NCBI GenBank assembly: GCA_016209035.1
Contig: JACQWX010000126.1
Location: forward strand, 16,288-80,287
Origin: Elusimicrobiota bacterium
GTDB taxonomy: Bacteria > Elusimicrobiota > Elusimicrobia > UBA1565 > UBA9628
DNA length: 64,000 nucleotides
Direction of reading: 5' to 3'
The notes under the pieces were generated by a model, which was given only the letters and a program-made list of their open reading frames with translations, was not told the DNA's origin and searched no databases. The position numbers and the translations under genes are program-made. Positions 15,728 to 25,503 of this stretch are shown here, piece by piece (the stretch's first letter is position 1; every line of letters begins with the position of its first letter).

Positions 15728-16549
15728 ATGGGCGATCTCATCGGCCTGAAGAAGTACTCCAAGCCTTCGGCGGTCGAGCCGCAGGAACCCGGGCCGGTCT
15801 CGGCGACGGCGGCCTCGTCGTCGAAGCCTTTCGGATCGCAGACCCTCTGGATGAGCCTCCTGGTCGTGGACTCTCTGCTCATCGCGGTCTTCGGCAGCTA
15901 CCTCGGCGCGGTGGGAATGAAGACCTACCAGCAATGGCGCAAGCCCGCCGCCCCTGGGCCTTCGGCCCAGGCCCGCTCCAAATCCCCGGCCAAGGTCGAG
16001 CCTGTCAAGACTCAGCCTGCTCAACCGGCCCCCGGCGCGGCCGAGGCCGGAGCCCGAGCGTCGCCTGCGCCATCAGGAAAGGCGCTGGCGGCAGGCGGCG
16101 CGGCCGAGGCCAAGGAAGCCCCGGCCCCCAAGCCGGCCGCCTCCAAGCCCGCCCCCGGGGCTGCCGCCCCAGGCCCGGCGCCCTTGCGCCAGGAGCCCTC
16201 GTCCGCGGTCGAGGGCGGAGCCCGAGCGCCCCGGACGCCCTCTGGAAAGGCATTGGCGGACGTGGGCAAGGATGGGGCGGCGCCGGATTCAGGCGTCAAA
16301 GCCTTGCCGGTGGACTTCTCCTTCCACGCGCCGCACGCCAAGTCAGTCCGGCTGGCAGGCGCCTTCCTCGTGCGGGGGGGAGGGAGGAAGGACATGGTCC
16401 GGGGCTCGGGCGGCGACTGGACCCTCACCCTGTACCTCAAGCCCGGCGCCTACCGGTACTGGTTCCTGGAGGACGGCAAGCGGAAGATCGACCCCGCCAA
16501 CACCAAGGTCGAACGCGGGGCCTCGGTGCTGGTGGTCTACCCGAAATAG
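15728..16549 (+). CDS. membrane-anchored protein with Pro/Ala-rich linker and C-terminal CBM48/AMPK-beta glycogen-binding-like (E-set) domain
   Basis: one TM helix (LWMSLLVVDSLLIAVFGSYLGAV); C-terminal FSFHAPHAKSVRLAGAF...WTLTLYLKPGAYRYWFLEDGKRKIDPANTK typical of CBM48; the linker carries two family-A elements. Confidence 0.6.
   Translation: MGDLIGLKKYSKPSAVEPQEPGPVSATAASSSKPFGSQTLWMSLLVVDSLLIAVFGSYLGAVGMKTYQQWRKPAAPGPSAQARSKSPAKVEPVKTQPAQPAPGAAEAGARASPAPSGKALAAGGAAEAKEAPAPKPAASKPAPGAAAPGPAPLRQEPSSAVEGGARAPRTPSGKALADVGKDGAAPDSGVKALPVDFSFHAPHAKSVRLAGAFLVRGGGRKDMVRGSGGDWTLTLYLKPGAYRYWFLEDGKRKIDPANTKVERGASVLVVYPK
16046..16095 (+). repeat. palindromic element family A copy 3, in-frame (encodes AGARASPAPSGKALAAGG)
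   Basis: ccggagcccgagcgtcgcctgcgccatcaggaaaggcgctggcggcagg. Confidence 0.7.
16211..16266 (+). repeat. degenerate family A copy 4, in-frame (encodes GGARAPRTPSGKALADVG)
   Basis: gagggcggagcccgagcgccccggacgccctctggaaaggcattggcggacgtggg shares both arms with copy 3. Confidence 0.5.
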
Positions 16550-16626
16550 GGCGTTATTGATTTTGTAACATCCGCCTGATAACCTAGCCATAAGAGCCCG
16601 CCGGAGCGCAGTCCGACGGGCGTTCT

Positions 16627-19600
16627 ATGGCAGCCAGACTCCGGCCCCGCTCCCTCATCACGACCCTAGGATTGGCGGCCCCGCTTTTGGCCGCCTTCGC
16701 CCACCAAGCCTTCGCTCAGACATTATTCACCCCCCGGCGCTCCCACACCCAGACCCTCATGGCCGACGGCAACATCCTGGCCGTGGGCGGCATCAGCGAC
16801 GAGACCGCGCCCACCTACCTCGGTTCAGGCGGCACCGGGGTCCAGAGGCTCAACGAGGGCAGGGGCCTCATCGAGAACCTCACGGCCATGTCCATCAACC
16901 GGGCGTCCCACACCGCGACCCTGCTGCCGGACGGCAAGGTCCTGGTGGTGGGCGGCATCAACGCGGGCGGGACCATCGCCACTTTCAACGTCTTCAACCC
17001 CAGGACCAACACCTGGGACACCGCCAACGAGGACGACGGCTCCCACGACCTCCCCAGCGGCGGACGCTACAACCACACGGCCACGGTGCTCAAGGACGGC
17101 AGGGTGCTGGTCTGCGGAGGGCAAAACGGCGGCGCGGCGCTCGGCTCCTGCGACGTGTTCACGCCCGACTACGACGAATCCTCGGCCGACAACGAGTCGG
17201 ACTGGGCGGCGGGGCCGTCGCTGCTGAGCGGCCGCGCCAACCACACCGCGACCATGCTGTTCAACGGCGAGGTGTTCGTCACCGGCGGCTGGAACCCCGC
17301 CGTGACCCCGAACTACACTCCCCTCTCGGAGCGGTTCCGGCCGGACTGCAGCGCTCCGACCGGCTGCTGGACCCCGGCCCGTCCCTTGAACGAAGGACGG
17401 GCGTACCACTCCGCCACGGCTATGTCCGACGGGAAAGTGATCATCGCCGGAGGCAACAACGCCAAGAACTTCGAGGCCAACAGGGGCTTCCTCCAGACCG
17501 TCGAGGTCTACGACCCGGTGGCCGACGAGATGCTCATGGCGGCCAACATGCCGGCGAGGAAGACCGGCTTCGCCGCCATCCTCCATCCGAGGGGGTACCT
17601 CTTGATCCAAGGCGGCCTGGGGAACGTCACGACCACCTACGTGACCCCCACCCTGACGCTGATGCCGGGCAGCTTCATCACCGGCCCCGCGTGGAACGGG
17701 GTGGGCGGGGCCGGTTCCAACATGGACCTCGGGGTCACGTACTCCAGCTCGGCCATCTCCGGCGGCGCCCTCAGCGCCCCCTTCAGGATCAAGCTCGACG
17801 CCGAGGTCACCGGCGTCATCCGGCAAGGCGAGATCTATTTCTCCACGCCTTCCATCATGTTCAACGGAGGCTATGCGTACCTGAATGAAGGAATAGGGGA
17901 CGAGGGCCTGGGAACGGCTTCCGGCCTGAGGGCGAGCCTCAACGGCATGGAGGTCTACTGTGACCCGACCGAGGACACCTGCGGCTGGGTCTCGACCGAT
18001 CAGCTCTTCCTCGCGGGCATCGCCGGCAGGTACGGGTTCCTAAGGCTCTCCGCCCAGATCGGCGGCTCGGCGTCCGACCCCAACGCCTGCGTCGACTTCA
18101 GCGATACCGAGGACGACAACGACGGAAGGATCATCCTGGGCGACGTCTACCCGATCCGGTCCAACAGCGCCGAGAACCGCTGCACCGCCCCCGTCGTGGA
18201 CGAGAACAGCTGGCGGGGCAACATCATCGTCCAGGGCCTGCCCGGCAGCACCGTCGGCGGGTCGATATCCAGCGCCACCCTCATGGTCCTCGAGGCCCAG
18301 ATGACGGGCGAAGAGGCCGGCGCCGAACCGGCCATCACGTACACCATCAACATCTCCTCCATGTTCACCAACGTCCCGGCCGGAATACCCATCATCCAGG
18401 ACACGAGCAGCGATCTCCCGAGCGGCCAGTTCACGTTCGCCGCGAACTTCAGGAACATGGCGGGCACCGTAGAGACCTCGTCGGACCCCTACCCCAACCC
18501 CGGCATCCTCGGCCCCATCGATGTCCCGCTCACGCTCTCCATCTCCAGGAGCGTGCTCCGGTACATTGCGGACCGGGTGGACCTCAACGGGGATCTCCTC
18601 ACCGTGCAGCTTTCCACCGTCGTCATCCGCACCATGGTGTTCGGCGACGTGGAGATGTACTCCCCCAAGGACAACGAGTGGTCCAGGTGGCCCCTCGATA
18701 CGGGCCTGGCGGATTCGCGGTTCTTCCACAGCGCCTCCCTCACCCCGGGCGGAGCCGCCCGGTTCTGGGGCGGCGAGACCTGCGACTACGTGGGCTCCGC
18801 GACCTGCGCCTCCGACGAGGTCAACCCCCTCGGACGCTTGAGCCTCAACATCTACCAGGAGGATTGGACCGAGGGACCGGGGGCGATGACCCACGGCCGG
18901 GCCAACCACACCGCCACGCCTTTGCCCAACGGCAAGGTCCTCATCGCCGGCGGCACCAACGGACCAAGCGTGCTCAAATCCGCGGAGATCTACAACGTCC
19001 AGACCAGGTACTTCTCCCAGACCGGCGAGATGAACTACGCCCGCGACCTGCATTCGGCGTCGCTCCTGCCCAACGGCAAGGTCCTGGCGGCCGGAGGCTT
19101 CTCCACGGACTCCGTGTCCACGGGCGCCACCAACACCGCGGAGGTCTACTATCCCGACGAGGGGGTGTGGCGCGAGACCGGCTCCATGAACTGGCGCCGC
19201 GATTCCCACACGGCCGTGACCCTGCTGGACGGCAACATCCTCGTGTTCGGAGGCTACGACCGCGGCGCCTACCTCGACAGCGCGGAGATATACTATTCCA
19301 CGATCGGCGCCTGGCGCGCCATCCCGAGCCCGACCAATCAGGGCCTCGGGGCCTGCCCCGGCGGGGCTCATGCCAGGGCCAAGCATACCGCCACCCTGCT
19401 CAAGGACGGCCGCATCCTGTTCGCGGGCGGCATCAACGGCGCCAGCGGCGTCTTGAGCTCGGCGCTGCTGCTCAATCTCTTCAACCAGGACCTGGCCCTC
19501 GGCTGGAGCTGCGCCGCGCGAATTCAGAGCCTTCCCACCGATAACCCTCCCTCGGTGGTCTTCCCGGTCCACTCGCACTCGGCCATCCTCCTGCAGTCCG

Positions 19601-22600
19601 GCGAGGTCCTCCTGAGCTTCGGCAACGACGGCACGGGGCAGGCGGAGCTGCCGCCGCTCTCCTTGGTCTACGACCCCGCCGCGAACGCCTGGAGGTACGG
19701 CGTCGGCCTCCAGCAGAAGGGCGTCACCTTCAACCACACCGCGACCCTGCTGCCCAACGGGCGGGTCCTCATCGTCGGCGGCGCCCGCGGCTTCAATCAG
19801 ACGCAACGGAGCAACTTCCTTTATGACATGATCTCGGCCACCTACACGGCTACCGGGCGCCTGGTGAGGGCCAGGGCCTGGCACACAACCACGCTCACGG
19901 CCGGGCAGGAGATCGTGGCCGTCGGAGGCTTCAACCAGACCGACGGCTACCTCAAGTCCGCGGAGTACTATCCCATCGGCATCGCGGGGCCTTTCGACGA
20001 GGAAATGCCCGGCTACCCTCCCTCGATCCGCATCGCCACGATCACGGTCGTGAGCCCCTCGATCTCGCTGCCCGGGAACAACCTCATCGTGCGCGACAGG
20101 AACCTCACCCGCCTCACCGAGGCCTCCTCCGGCAAGACCGGCGGCTCCTCCCATTTCCACCCCAGGATGATCCTGCAGGCCGTGGACGCCAGCGGCGGGA
20201 CCGCGACCCAGGGCAACTCCGGCTTCCTCATCGACCTGACCACCAGGATATACCGCTCCATCGCGGGCTCCTGCCCGGCCTCGAACGACTACTGCAACCG
20301 CTGGAACAAGGGCGCGGGCGGCGACCCGAACATCTTCGGCTACTACGGCCAGGAGAAGGTGGACGCGAGCACCACCTCCCTCATCACCGCGCGCCTCCCG
20401 GAAGCCTCGACGGCCATCCCCAACGGCTGGTACCACCTGCGCGAGGCGGCCAACGCCGTCTACTCCGACAGCGTGCTGATCCGCATCGGCCCGCCGCTCC
20501 CGCCCGCCCCGACGCCCGCCACCGGCACGGTGATGGGCTCCACCTCCGTCTACTGGACCTGGCCGGACCTCGGGGGCTGGAACGTGGGCTACAACGTCTA
20601 CTACGCCACCTCCCTGGTCTTCATCACCACCCGAGCCGTGGCGCTCGCCGGCCAGAGCGCCTTCTTCATCCAGACGGGCTTGACGCCGAACGTCACCGCA
20701 GCCATCATGGTCCAGGGGTTCTCCCAGACGGGCGACAGCTCCGGGACCGTGTCGGCCAACGCCTACACCCTGGCCGTGCCTCCGGCCAACATCCGCTTCA
20801 CCACGATCCAGGCGAACTCCGTGAACATGGAGTGGCAGTCCAACGGGAACAGCGACGGGACGGTCTACGAGGCGTCCATCGCCTTGGACCCGGCCTTCAC
20901 GATCGGGCTTCGGATCCCGACGAACGATTACGCGCCCTTCACCAGCACCTACACCACGATCACCGGCCTGATCCCCCTGACCACCTACTACGTGCGCATG
21001 CGCGCGCAGAACAACGAGAAGCCGACCGGGATATGGACGGACTTCACCTACACCACCTTCACGACCAGGTGGAGCTGGATCCCCTTGTCGGGGCAGGAAT
21101 GTTCCGCGAACACCGGGGACGTCTGCATCACCTGGCAGTGGAGGTCGACCGCGACCGTCGTGAGCTACAACATCTACAACGCCACCGTCCCCTCCGCCTC
21201 CCCCGGCTACAAGATCAACCCCGCCCCCCTCACCGACGGCGACGGGGACGGGAACGTCACCTTCTCGGACACGCCGCTTGACCCCAACACCCCGCGGGTC
21301 GTCTTCGTGACGGGGATCAGGGCGTCCAGCGAGGAATGGCCGCTCACCCAGCCGACGACCGTCTACACATGGGCGGCCCAGCCCGGCCAGCAGTATGACC
21401 AAGGCTCCGGCCAGTACATGCCCTATCTGGTCATCAGGGACTCGCAATCTGTCAACGTCCAATACAACACCAACCGCAACCCCACGGGATCGCCTCCCCT
21501 GGCCACCTACTACAGGCTCTACTATGCCACGGGAGCCGTCGACGGCATCTGGTCCTGGCTGTCCACCGGCGACTACCAGACCTCCGGCCCCGACAGCTTC
21601 AAGGAGGAGCGGATCGAGGACCTGCTCCCGGGCGAGAACTATTTCGTCGAGATCGAGCCCGTCAACAATCAAGGGACCCCGAGCAGCAGGACCGCCCTGG
21701 GCAGCATCTACACCATGGCCAATCAGCCGACCTCATTGAGGCTGCTGTCCGTGACCCCGAACAGCATCACGATCGACTGGGATCCGAACGGAAACACCTC
21801 GTCGACCACCTACGAGGTGAGCTACACGACCGGCGAGCCGCCCGGGGTCGGGCTGACCGTCTACGTGTCCCGGAGCTTCGCGGAGTGGAACAGCTCGCTC
21901 TCCGCCACGGTCTCGGGCCTCGACACGGGCAGGTGGTACTATTTCCGGGTGCGATCCCAGAACTTCCAAGGATTGGTGAACACCGCCTACTCCACCGTAG
22001 TGAGCACCATCACGCCCACGGGCTCCGCAGGCGCCTCCTCGGGCCAACTCGGAGGGACGCTCCAGGCGGCGGTGGACTCGAGCTTCTCCGGGACGATCGG
22101 CAGCCCCGCCCAGCGCACCGTGAGCCTCTGGGCCCCGGCCGGGGCCTTCACCACGAACGTGGAGGTGGTCATCTCCACCCTCAACGTCTCGGGCGCGGGC
22201 TCCCTGTGCGGCAGCGGGCTCAACGTCGGCATCTCCATCGCCCCGGTCCCGTACGTCCAGCCCGCCAAGCCGCTGATGCTGACCTTCTCCTATTCCACGA
22301 GCCCCGTCAACGAGCTCGGCGCCGCCGACCCGGACAAGGTCGTGCTCATGCGCTACGACCCGGCGAAGAACAAATGCGTGCCCATGCCGACCGTCGTCGA
22401 CACCGTGAGCCTCAGGATCACGGCCCTGCTCAACCACTTCTCGTTCTTCCAGCTCGCGGTGGTCACGCCTCCCACGAACCCGCACGCGGCCAAGGCCTTC
22501 CCGAACCCGTTCTACAAGTCGCGGGACGGCTACGTGACCTTCAGCGAGATGCCGCCTTACTCGCGCATCCGGATCTACACGATGCAGGGAGACCTCATCC

Positions 22601-22743
22601 TCGACCGCCTCGCCACCGGGGCGGGGATACTCACCTGGGGCGGCCTCAACATGTGGGGCCGCATGGTCGCCAGCGGCATGTACCTCGCCGTCATCCAGCA
22701 CGGCGACGACAAGAAGATCATCAAGATGGTGGTCCTCAGATGA
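16627..22743 (+). CDS. giant secreted surface protein (2038 aa): two Kelch/galactose-oxidase-like beta-propellers, multiple fibronectin type III domains, Ig-like region, T9SS-type C-terminal sorting domain
   Basis: signal peptide ...LAAPLLAAFAHQAFAQ; Kelch blades HTATLLPDGKVLVVGG, HTATVLKDGRVLVCGG, HTATPLPNGKVLIAGG and HTATLLPNGRVLIVGG are a subset of roughly a dozen; FN3 pattern (Trp/Tyr-spaced beta-sandwich repeats across the C-terminal third); C-terminus FPNPFYKSRDGYVTFSEMPPYSRIRIYTMQGDLILDRL...GRMVASGMYLAVIQHGDDKKIIKMVVLR. Confidence 0.85.
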   Translation: MAARLRPRSLITTLGLAAPLLAAFAHQAFAQTLFTPRRSHTQTLMADGNILAVGGISDETAPTYLGSGGTGVQRLNEGRGLIENLTAMSINRASHTATLLPDGKVLVVGGINAGGTIATFNVFNPRTNTWDTANEDDGSHDLPSGGRYNHTATVLKDGRVLVCGGQNGGAALGSCDVFTPDYDESSADNESDWAAGPSLLSGRANHTATMLFNGEVFVTGGWNPAVTPNYTPLSERFRPDCSAPTGCWTPARPLNEGRAYHSATAMSDGKVIIAGGNNAKNFEANRGFLQTVEVYDPVADEMLMAANMPARKTGFAAILHPRGYLLIQGGLGNVTTTYVTPTLTLMPGSFITGPAWNGVGGAGSNMDLGVTYSSSAISGGALSAPFRIKLDAEVTGVIRQGEIYFSTPSIMFNGGYAYLNEGIGDEGLGTASGLRASLNGMEVYCDPTEDTCGWVSTDQLFLAGIAGRYGFLRLSAQIGGSASDPNACVDFSDTEDDNDGRIILGDVYPIRSNSAENRCTAPVVDENSWRGNIIVQGLPGSTVGGSISSATLMVLEAQMTGEEAGAEPAITYTINISSMFTNVPAGIPIIQDTSSDLPSGQFTFAANFRNMAGTVETSSDPYPNPGILGPIDVPLTLSISRSVLRYIADRVDLNGDLLTVQLSTVVIRTMVFGDVEMYSPKDNEWSRWPLDTGLADSRFFHSASLTPGGAARFWGGETCDYVGSATCASDEVNPLGRLSLNIYQEDWTEGPGAMTHGRANHTATPLPNGKVLIAGGTNGPSVLKSAEIYNVQTRYFSQTGEMNYARDLHSASLLPNGKVLAAGGFSTDSVSTGATNTAEVYYPDEGVWRETGSMNWRRDSHTAVTLLDGNILVFGGYDRGAYLDSAEIYYSTIGAWRAIPSPTNQGLGACPGGAHARAKHTATLLKDGRILFAGGINGASGVLSSALLLNLFNQDLALGWSCAARIQSLPTDNPPSVVFPVHSHSAILLQSGEVLLSFGNDGTGQAELPPLSLVYDPAANAWRYGVGLQQKGVTFNHTATLLPNGRVLIVGGARGFNQTQRSNFLYDMISATYTATGRLVRARAWHTTTLTAGQEIVAVGGFNQTDGYLKSAEYYPIGIAGPFDEEMPGYPPSIRIATITVVSPSISLPGNNLIVRDRNLTRLTEASSGKTGGSSHFHPRMILQAVDASGGTATQGNSGFLIDLTTRIYRSIAGSCPASNDYCNRWNKGAGGDPNIFGYYGQEKVDASTTSLITARLPEASTAIPNGWYHLREAANAVYSDSVLIRIGPPLPPAPTPATGTVMGSTSVYWTWPDLGGWNVGYNVYYATSLVFITTRAVALAGQSAFFIQTGLTPNVTAAIMVQGFSQTGDSSGTVSANAYTLAVPPANIRFTTIQANSVNMEWQSNGNSDGTVYEASIALDPAFTIGLRIPTNDYAPFTSTYTTITGLIPLTTYYVRMRAQNNEKPTGIWTDFTYTTFTTRWSWIPLSGQECSANTGDVCITWQWRSTATVVSYNIYNATVPSASPGYKINPAPLTDGDGDGNVTFSDTPLDPNTPRVVFVTGIRASSEEWPLTQPTTVYTWAAQPGQQYDQGSGQYMPYLVIRDSQSVNVQYNTNRNPTGSPPLATYYRLYYATGAVDGIWSWLSTGDYQTSGPDSFKEERIEDLLPGENYFVEIEPVNNQGTPSSRTALGSIYTMANQPTSLRLLSVTPNSITIDWDPNGNTSSTTYEVSYTTGEPPGVGLTVYVSRSFAEWNSSLSATVSGLDTGRWYYFRVRSQNFQGLVNTAYSTVVSTITPTGSAGASSGQLGGTLQAAVDSSFSGTIGSPAQRTVSLWAPAGAFTTNVEVVISTLNVSGAGSLCGSGLNVGISIAPVPYVQPAKPLMLTFSYSTSPVNELGAADPDKVVLMRYDPAKNKCVPMPTVVDTVSLRITALLNHFSFFQLAVVTPPTNPHAAKAFPNPFYKSRDGYVTFSEMPPYSRIRIYTMQGDLILDRLATGAGILTWGGLNMWGRMVASGMYLAVIQHGDDKKIIKMVVLR

Positions 22744-22853
22744 CCGAGCACCTCGGAGCCCCGCAGGGGCTCCTCGTCCCGCGCAACGGGTCTGCGAGGA
22801 AATGGCCTGCCCTTCCAATTATTGGAGGGGCAGGGCTCGGCAGAGCGGAGACC

Positions 22854-23840
22854 ATGAAGGCCGGGATTTTGCTCCTATGCGTCCTCCTGGCGCGTCTGCC
22901 CGCCGCCGCCGCGGACTTCTCGCGAGAGACCGTCGGCACCGGAGGCTCGGAGTTCCTGCTCTTCGACCTGGGCCCGCGGGCCATAGCCATGGGCGGGGCC
23001 TACAGCGGCTTGAGCGACGACGCCTATTCCCTCTACTGGAACCCCGCCGGCCTGGCCCGGATCCCGAGGCTATCCGCCTCGTACCAGAGCAGCCTGCACG
23101 TGGCCGACATGACCTACCACGCCGGGGTCTTCGGGTACCGCATGAAGGAATCCGTCGTCCTGGGCGCCGGCTGGCGCTATCTGAACATGGGGGAGATCGA
23201 GAACACCGACCTCGCGGGCGACACGGTCGGCAAGTTCACTCCGAGGCACTACGTGGTCGAGGCGGGCTGGGGCCAGTCCATCTACGACCTCTCGGACAAC
23301 GACATGGAGCTCAACGTGGGCGCCGTGGTGCGGTGGATCCACTCGGTCATGTTCGTCCAGGCGGACGGCTTCGGGGGGGACATCGGGATCCAGGCGCGCT
23401 TCTATGCCGGCCCGTTCCTCTACGATTTCGGCGGGTCCCTGCAGAACATCGGGGTCGGCCAGAGCTACGTGGACGTCAGGGACTCGCTCCCATTCCGCGC
23501 GCGCCTCGGGGGGACCATCTATCCCGCCCGGGGCCTCGCCCTGTGCCTCGAAGCCGTGACGCCCGTCAACAACTATCCTTTCGCGGCCCTCGGAGTCGAG
23601 TATGCCCGTCACTTCGACAAGAACCTCAGCGCCGCCGCGCGCGCCGGCTTCAACAGCCGCACGCTCGCCAGTCTCGGCCCCATGTCGGCCATGAACCTCG
23701 GGATGGGCGTCAAGTTCTCCGACATCTCCGTGGATTACTCCTTCAACTACATGGGCGTGCTGGGCTCGCAGGGCACGCACCGCCTGGCCTTCAGCTACAA
23801 CCTGCCCTCGAAATCCTCGAGGAGATACCGCGAACGATGA
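22854..23840 (+). CDS. PorV/PorQ-family (FadL-like) outer-membrane beta-barrel protein (328 aa), paralogue of 4928-5923
   Basis: signal peptide MKAGILLLCVLLARLPAAAA; motif GTGGSEFLLFDLGPRAIAMGGAYSGLSDDAYSLYWNPAGLAR; ends ...LAFSYNL; 110 nt downstream of a CTD-bearing giant protein. Confidence 0.75.
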   Translation: MKAGILLLCVLLARLPAAAADFSRETVGTGGSEFLLFDLGPRAIAMGGAYSGLSDDAYSLYWNPAGLARIPRLSASYQSSLHVADMTYHAGVFGYRMKESVVLGAGWRYLNMGEIENTDLAGDTVGKFTPRHYVVEAGWGQSIYDLSDNDMELNVGAVVRWIHSVMFVQADGFGGDIGIQARFYAGPFLYDFGGSLQNIGVGQSYVDVRDSLPFRARLGGTIYPARGLALCLEAVTPVNNYPFAALGVEYARHFDKNLSAAARAGFNSRTLASLGPMSAMNLGMGVKFSDISVDYSFNYMGVLGSQGTHRLAFSYNLPSKSSRRYRER

Positions 23841-25384
23841 GCCCCGACGACCCCTCCGCGCCCCCGCCGCCCCCTCCGGGGGCTCCCATCCCGCCGGCGC
23901 CGCCTGCGCCCGAGCTCGTCCGGCCCGCGCCCACCCCTGCGCAGCAGGTCCCGCGCACCCCGATGATGGATTTCATGGAGCGAAGGCTCGCCGCCCTCGA
24001 GGCCGATCTCGCCCGGGAACGCGAGCGCGCCTCCTCGGCGGAGAGCGTGCTCAAGGCCCAGGCCTCCATGCGCTCCGAGGTCGAGGCCCAGCTCAAAGCC
24101 CTGACGGACCAGCTCCGGCGGGAGAAGTCCGACCGGGACCATGAGGAGTCCTCCTCCCAGGCCAAGGGCCGGATCTCTGCGCTCGAGGAGCGGCTCGACT
24201 CGCTGCACCGCACCTGGGCCGACCTGCTCAAGGAGACGCTCCTGGGCAAGGAGGTCGTGGCCAAGGTTTGGCCGGCCGAGGTCGTGGGCGAGATGAAGGA
24301 GTGGCGCCAAGCCCTCTCAGCCCTCCCCAGGCTCGTCGACGCGGTCGCGGACCTCGAATCGCGCCAGCGGGGCCAGGACCTCCAGGTCAAGGATGAGCTG
24401 CGCGCCCTCGTCGGGGACCTTTCCGCCGCGTTGCGGGAACGCTTCGCCGACGCGGAACATAAGCGCGAGATCGACCTGGCCAAGGCTGACGACCGCCTCG
24501 GGGCCGTGGCCCGTGAACGGCTCGCCCTGCGGGAAGCCTTCGACGAGGCCGGCCACGCCCTGCGCTCCGACCTCCTCAAGGAGCGCCTCGCCCAGGAAGC
24601 GGCCTTCAACGAGGCCCTCTCCGGCATCGCGGCCCGCATCGACGACCTCGGCCGCCGCCACGCCCAATCCGACCGGGAGACCTCGGAGCTCAAGGAGGTC
24701 CTCGGCCAGGCCCTCTCCAGGGCCGAGCCCAAGGCCAAGGACGCGGTGATGGCGGAACTCGAGCACGAGAACGCCGACCTGCGCGGGATGCTCTCCGAGC
24801 GCATCGAGGCCTTGAGGCGCTACACCGAAGAGAGGAAGCGCATCGAGGCCAGCATGGGAGAGAGCCTCCTGGCCTTGAACCGCGAGCTCTCGCAAGAGAA
24901 GGCGAGAGGCCTCGAAGCCGGCCGGCGGATGATGGAGAAGGACCTGGAGATCACTTCGCTCAAGGACAGGCTCGACATGGCCTCCAAGACCGTCGAGGAG
25001 AGGGAGACGCGCTTCGCGTGTCTCGCGGTTGAGCGCGACGAGATCGCCCGCGCGATGGCGGCCGAGGCCGGGAGGCTCCGGGACGCCATTGAAGCCCGCA
25101 GGGTCTCCGACGAGACCTGGGCCAAGAAGGTCGCCGAGATGGAGAAGAAGCTCGACGAGGCCGCCGATATCTCCCAGCGGGAGGCGGCGTCGCGCCGGGA
25201 CCTTGCCAGCCAGGCGGCCGTCCTCTCCTCCCACGCCGCCAAAGCCCTCCAGGAGAGGGACGCCGCCGTCCAGGGCAGCGCCTCCTGGCAGGAAGAGCGC
25301 GCCCGGCTCCTGGAAGCCCTCAGGAAGAAGGACGACCTCATCTCCATGCTCTCCGCGTCGTTCCAGAACATCTTGAAGAAGTAG
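23837..25384 (+). CDS. proline-rich N-terminus plus long coiled-coil protein (515 aa), translationally coupled (ATGA overlap) to the PorV/PorQ-like gene
   Basis: MSPDDPSAPPPPPPGAPIPPAPPAPELV... then about 450 aa of heptad-like E/R/A/L-rich sequence; no TM; start overlaps the upstream stop. Confidence 0.6.
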   Translation: MSPDDPSAPPPPPPGAPIPPAPPAPELVRPAPTPAQQVPRTPMMDFMERRLAALEADLARERERASSAESVLKAQASMRSEVEAQLKALTDQLRREKSDRDHEESSSQAKGRISALEERLDSLHRTWADLLKETLLGKEVVAKVWPAEVVGEMKEWRQALSALPRLVDAVADLESRQRGQDLQVKDELRALVGDLSAALRERFADAEHKREIDLAKADDRLGAVARERLALREAFDEAGHALRSDLLKERLAQEAAFNEALSGIAARIDDLGRRHAQSDRETSELKEVLGQALSRAEPKAKDAVMAELEHENADLRGMLSERIEALRRYTEERKRIEASMGESLLALNRELSQEKARGLEAGRRMMEKDLEITSLKDRLDMASKTVEERETRFACLAVERDEIARAMAAEAGRLRDAIEARRVSDETWAKKVAEMEKKLDEAADISQREAASRRDLASQAAVLSSHAAKALQERDAAVQGSASWQEERARLLEALRKKDDLISMLSASFQNILKK

Positions 25385-25416
25385 CGGTCCGTCCTTCACG
25401 GCCTTCCGTCAAGGCC

Positions 25417-25503
25417 TTACAGCCCATAGCCGCATGGACCCGCCTCGTAGACCACGGCCAGCCGCGGATGCTCGGCCTTCAGCCGACGGAACAGCTTGTC
25501 CAC
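25417..25503 (-). pseudogene. remnant of an IS110-family-like transposase N-terminus (fragment only, preceded by an in-frame stop)
   Basis: minus-strand translation VDKLFRRLKAEHPRLAVVYEAGPCGYGL* fits the IS110-family N-terminal pattern (..hydrophobic-x-[MV]-EA-x-G-x-x-[YH]..L); lies at the left edge of the low-G+C island. Confidence 0.3.

Noticed and set aside
18040-21672. 1210-aa minus-strand ORF antisense to giant cargo 2 (plus several other 100-350 aa antisense ORFs)
   Set aside because: Same G+C artefact. The sense strand encodes clear Kelch/FN3 domains.
22802-25384. 860-aa ORF 22802-25384 spanning the PorV-like and coiled-coil genes in another frame
   Set aside because: It is an alternative-frame artefact. 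The PorV/PorQ motif and signal peptide are in frame 0 (22854-23840), and the coiled-coil gene uses only the last 515 codons from the Met at 23837.
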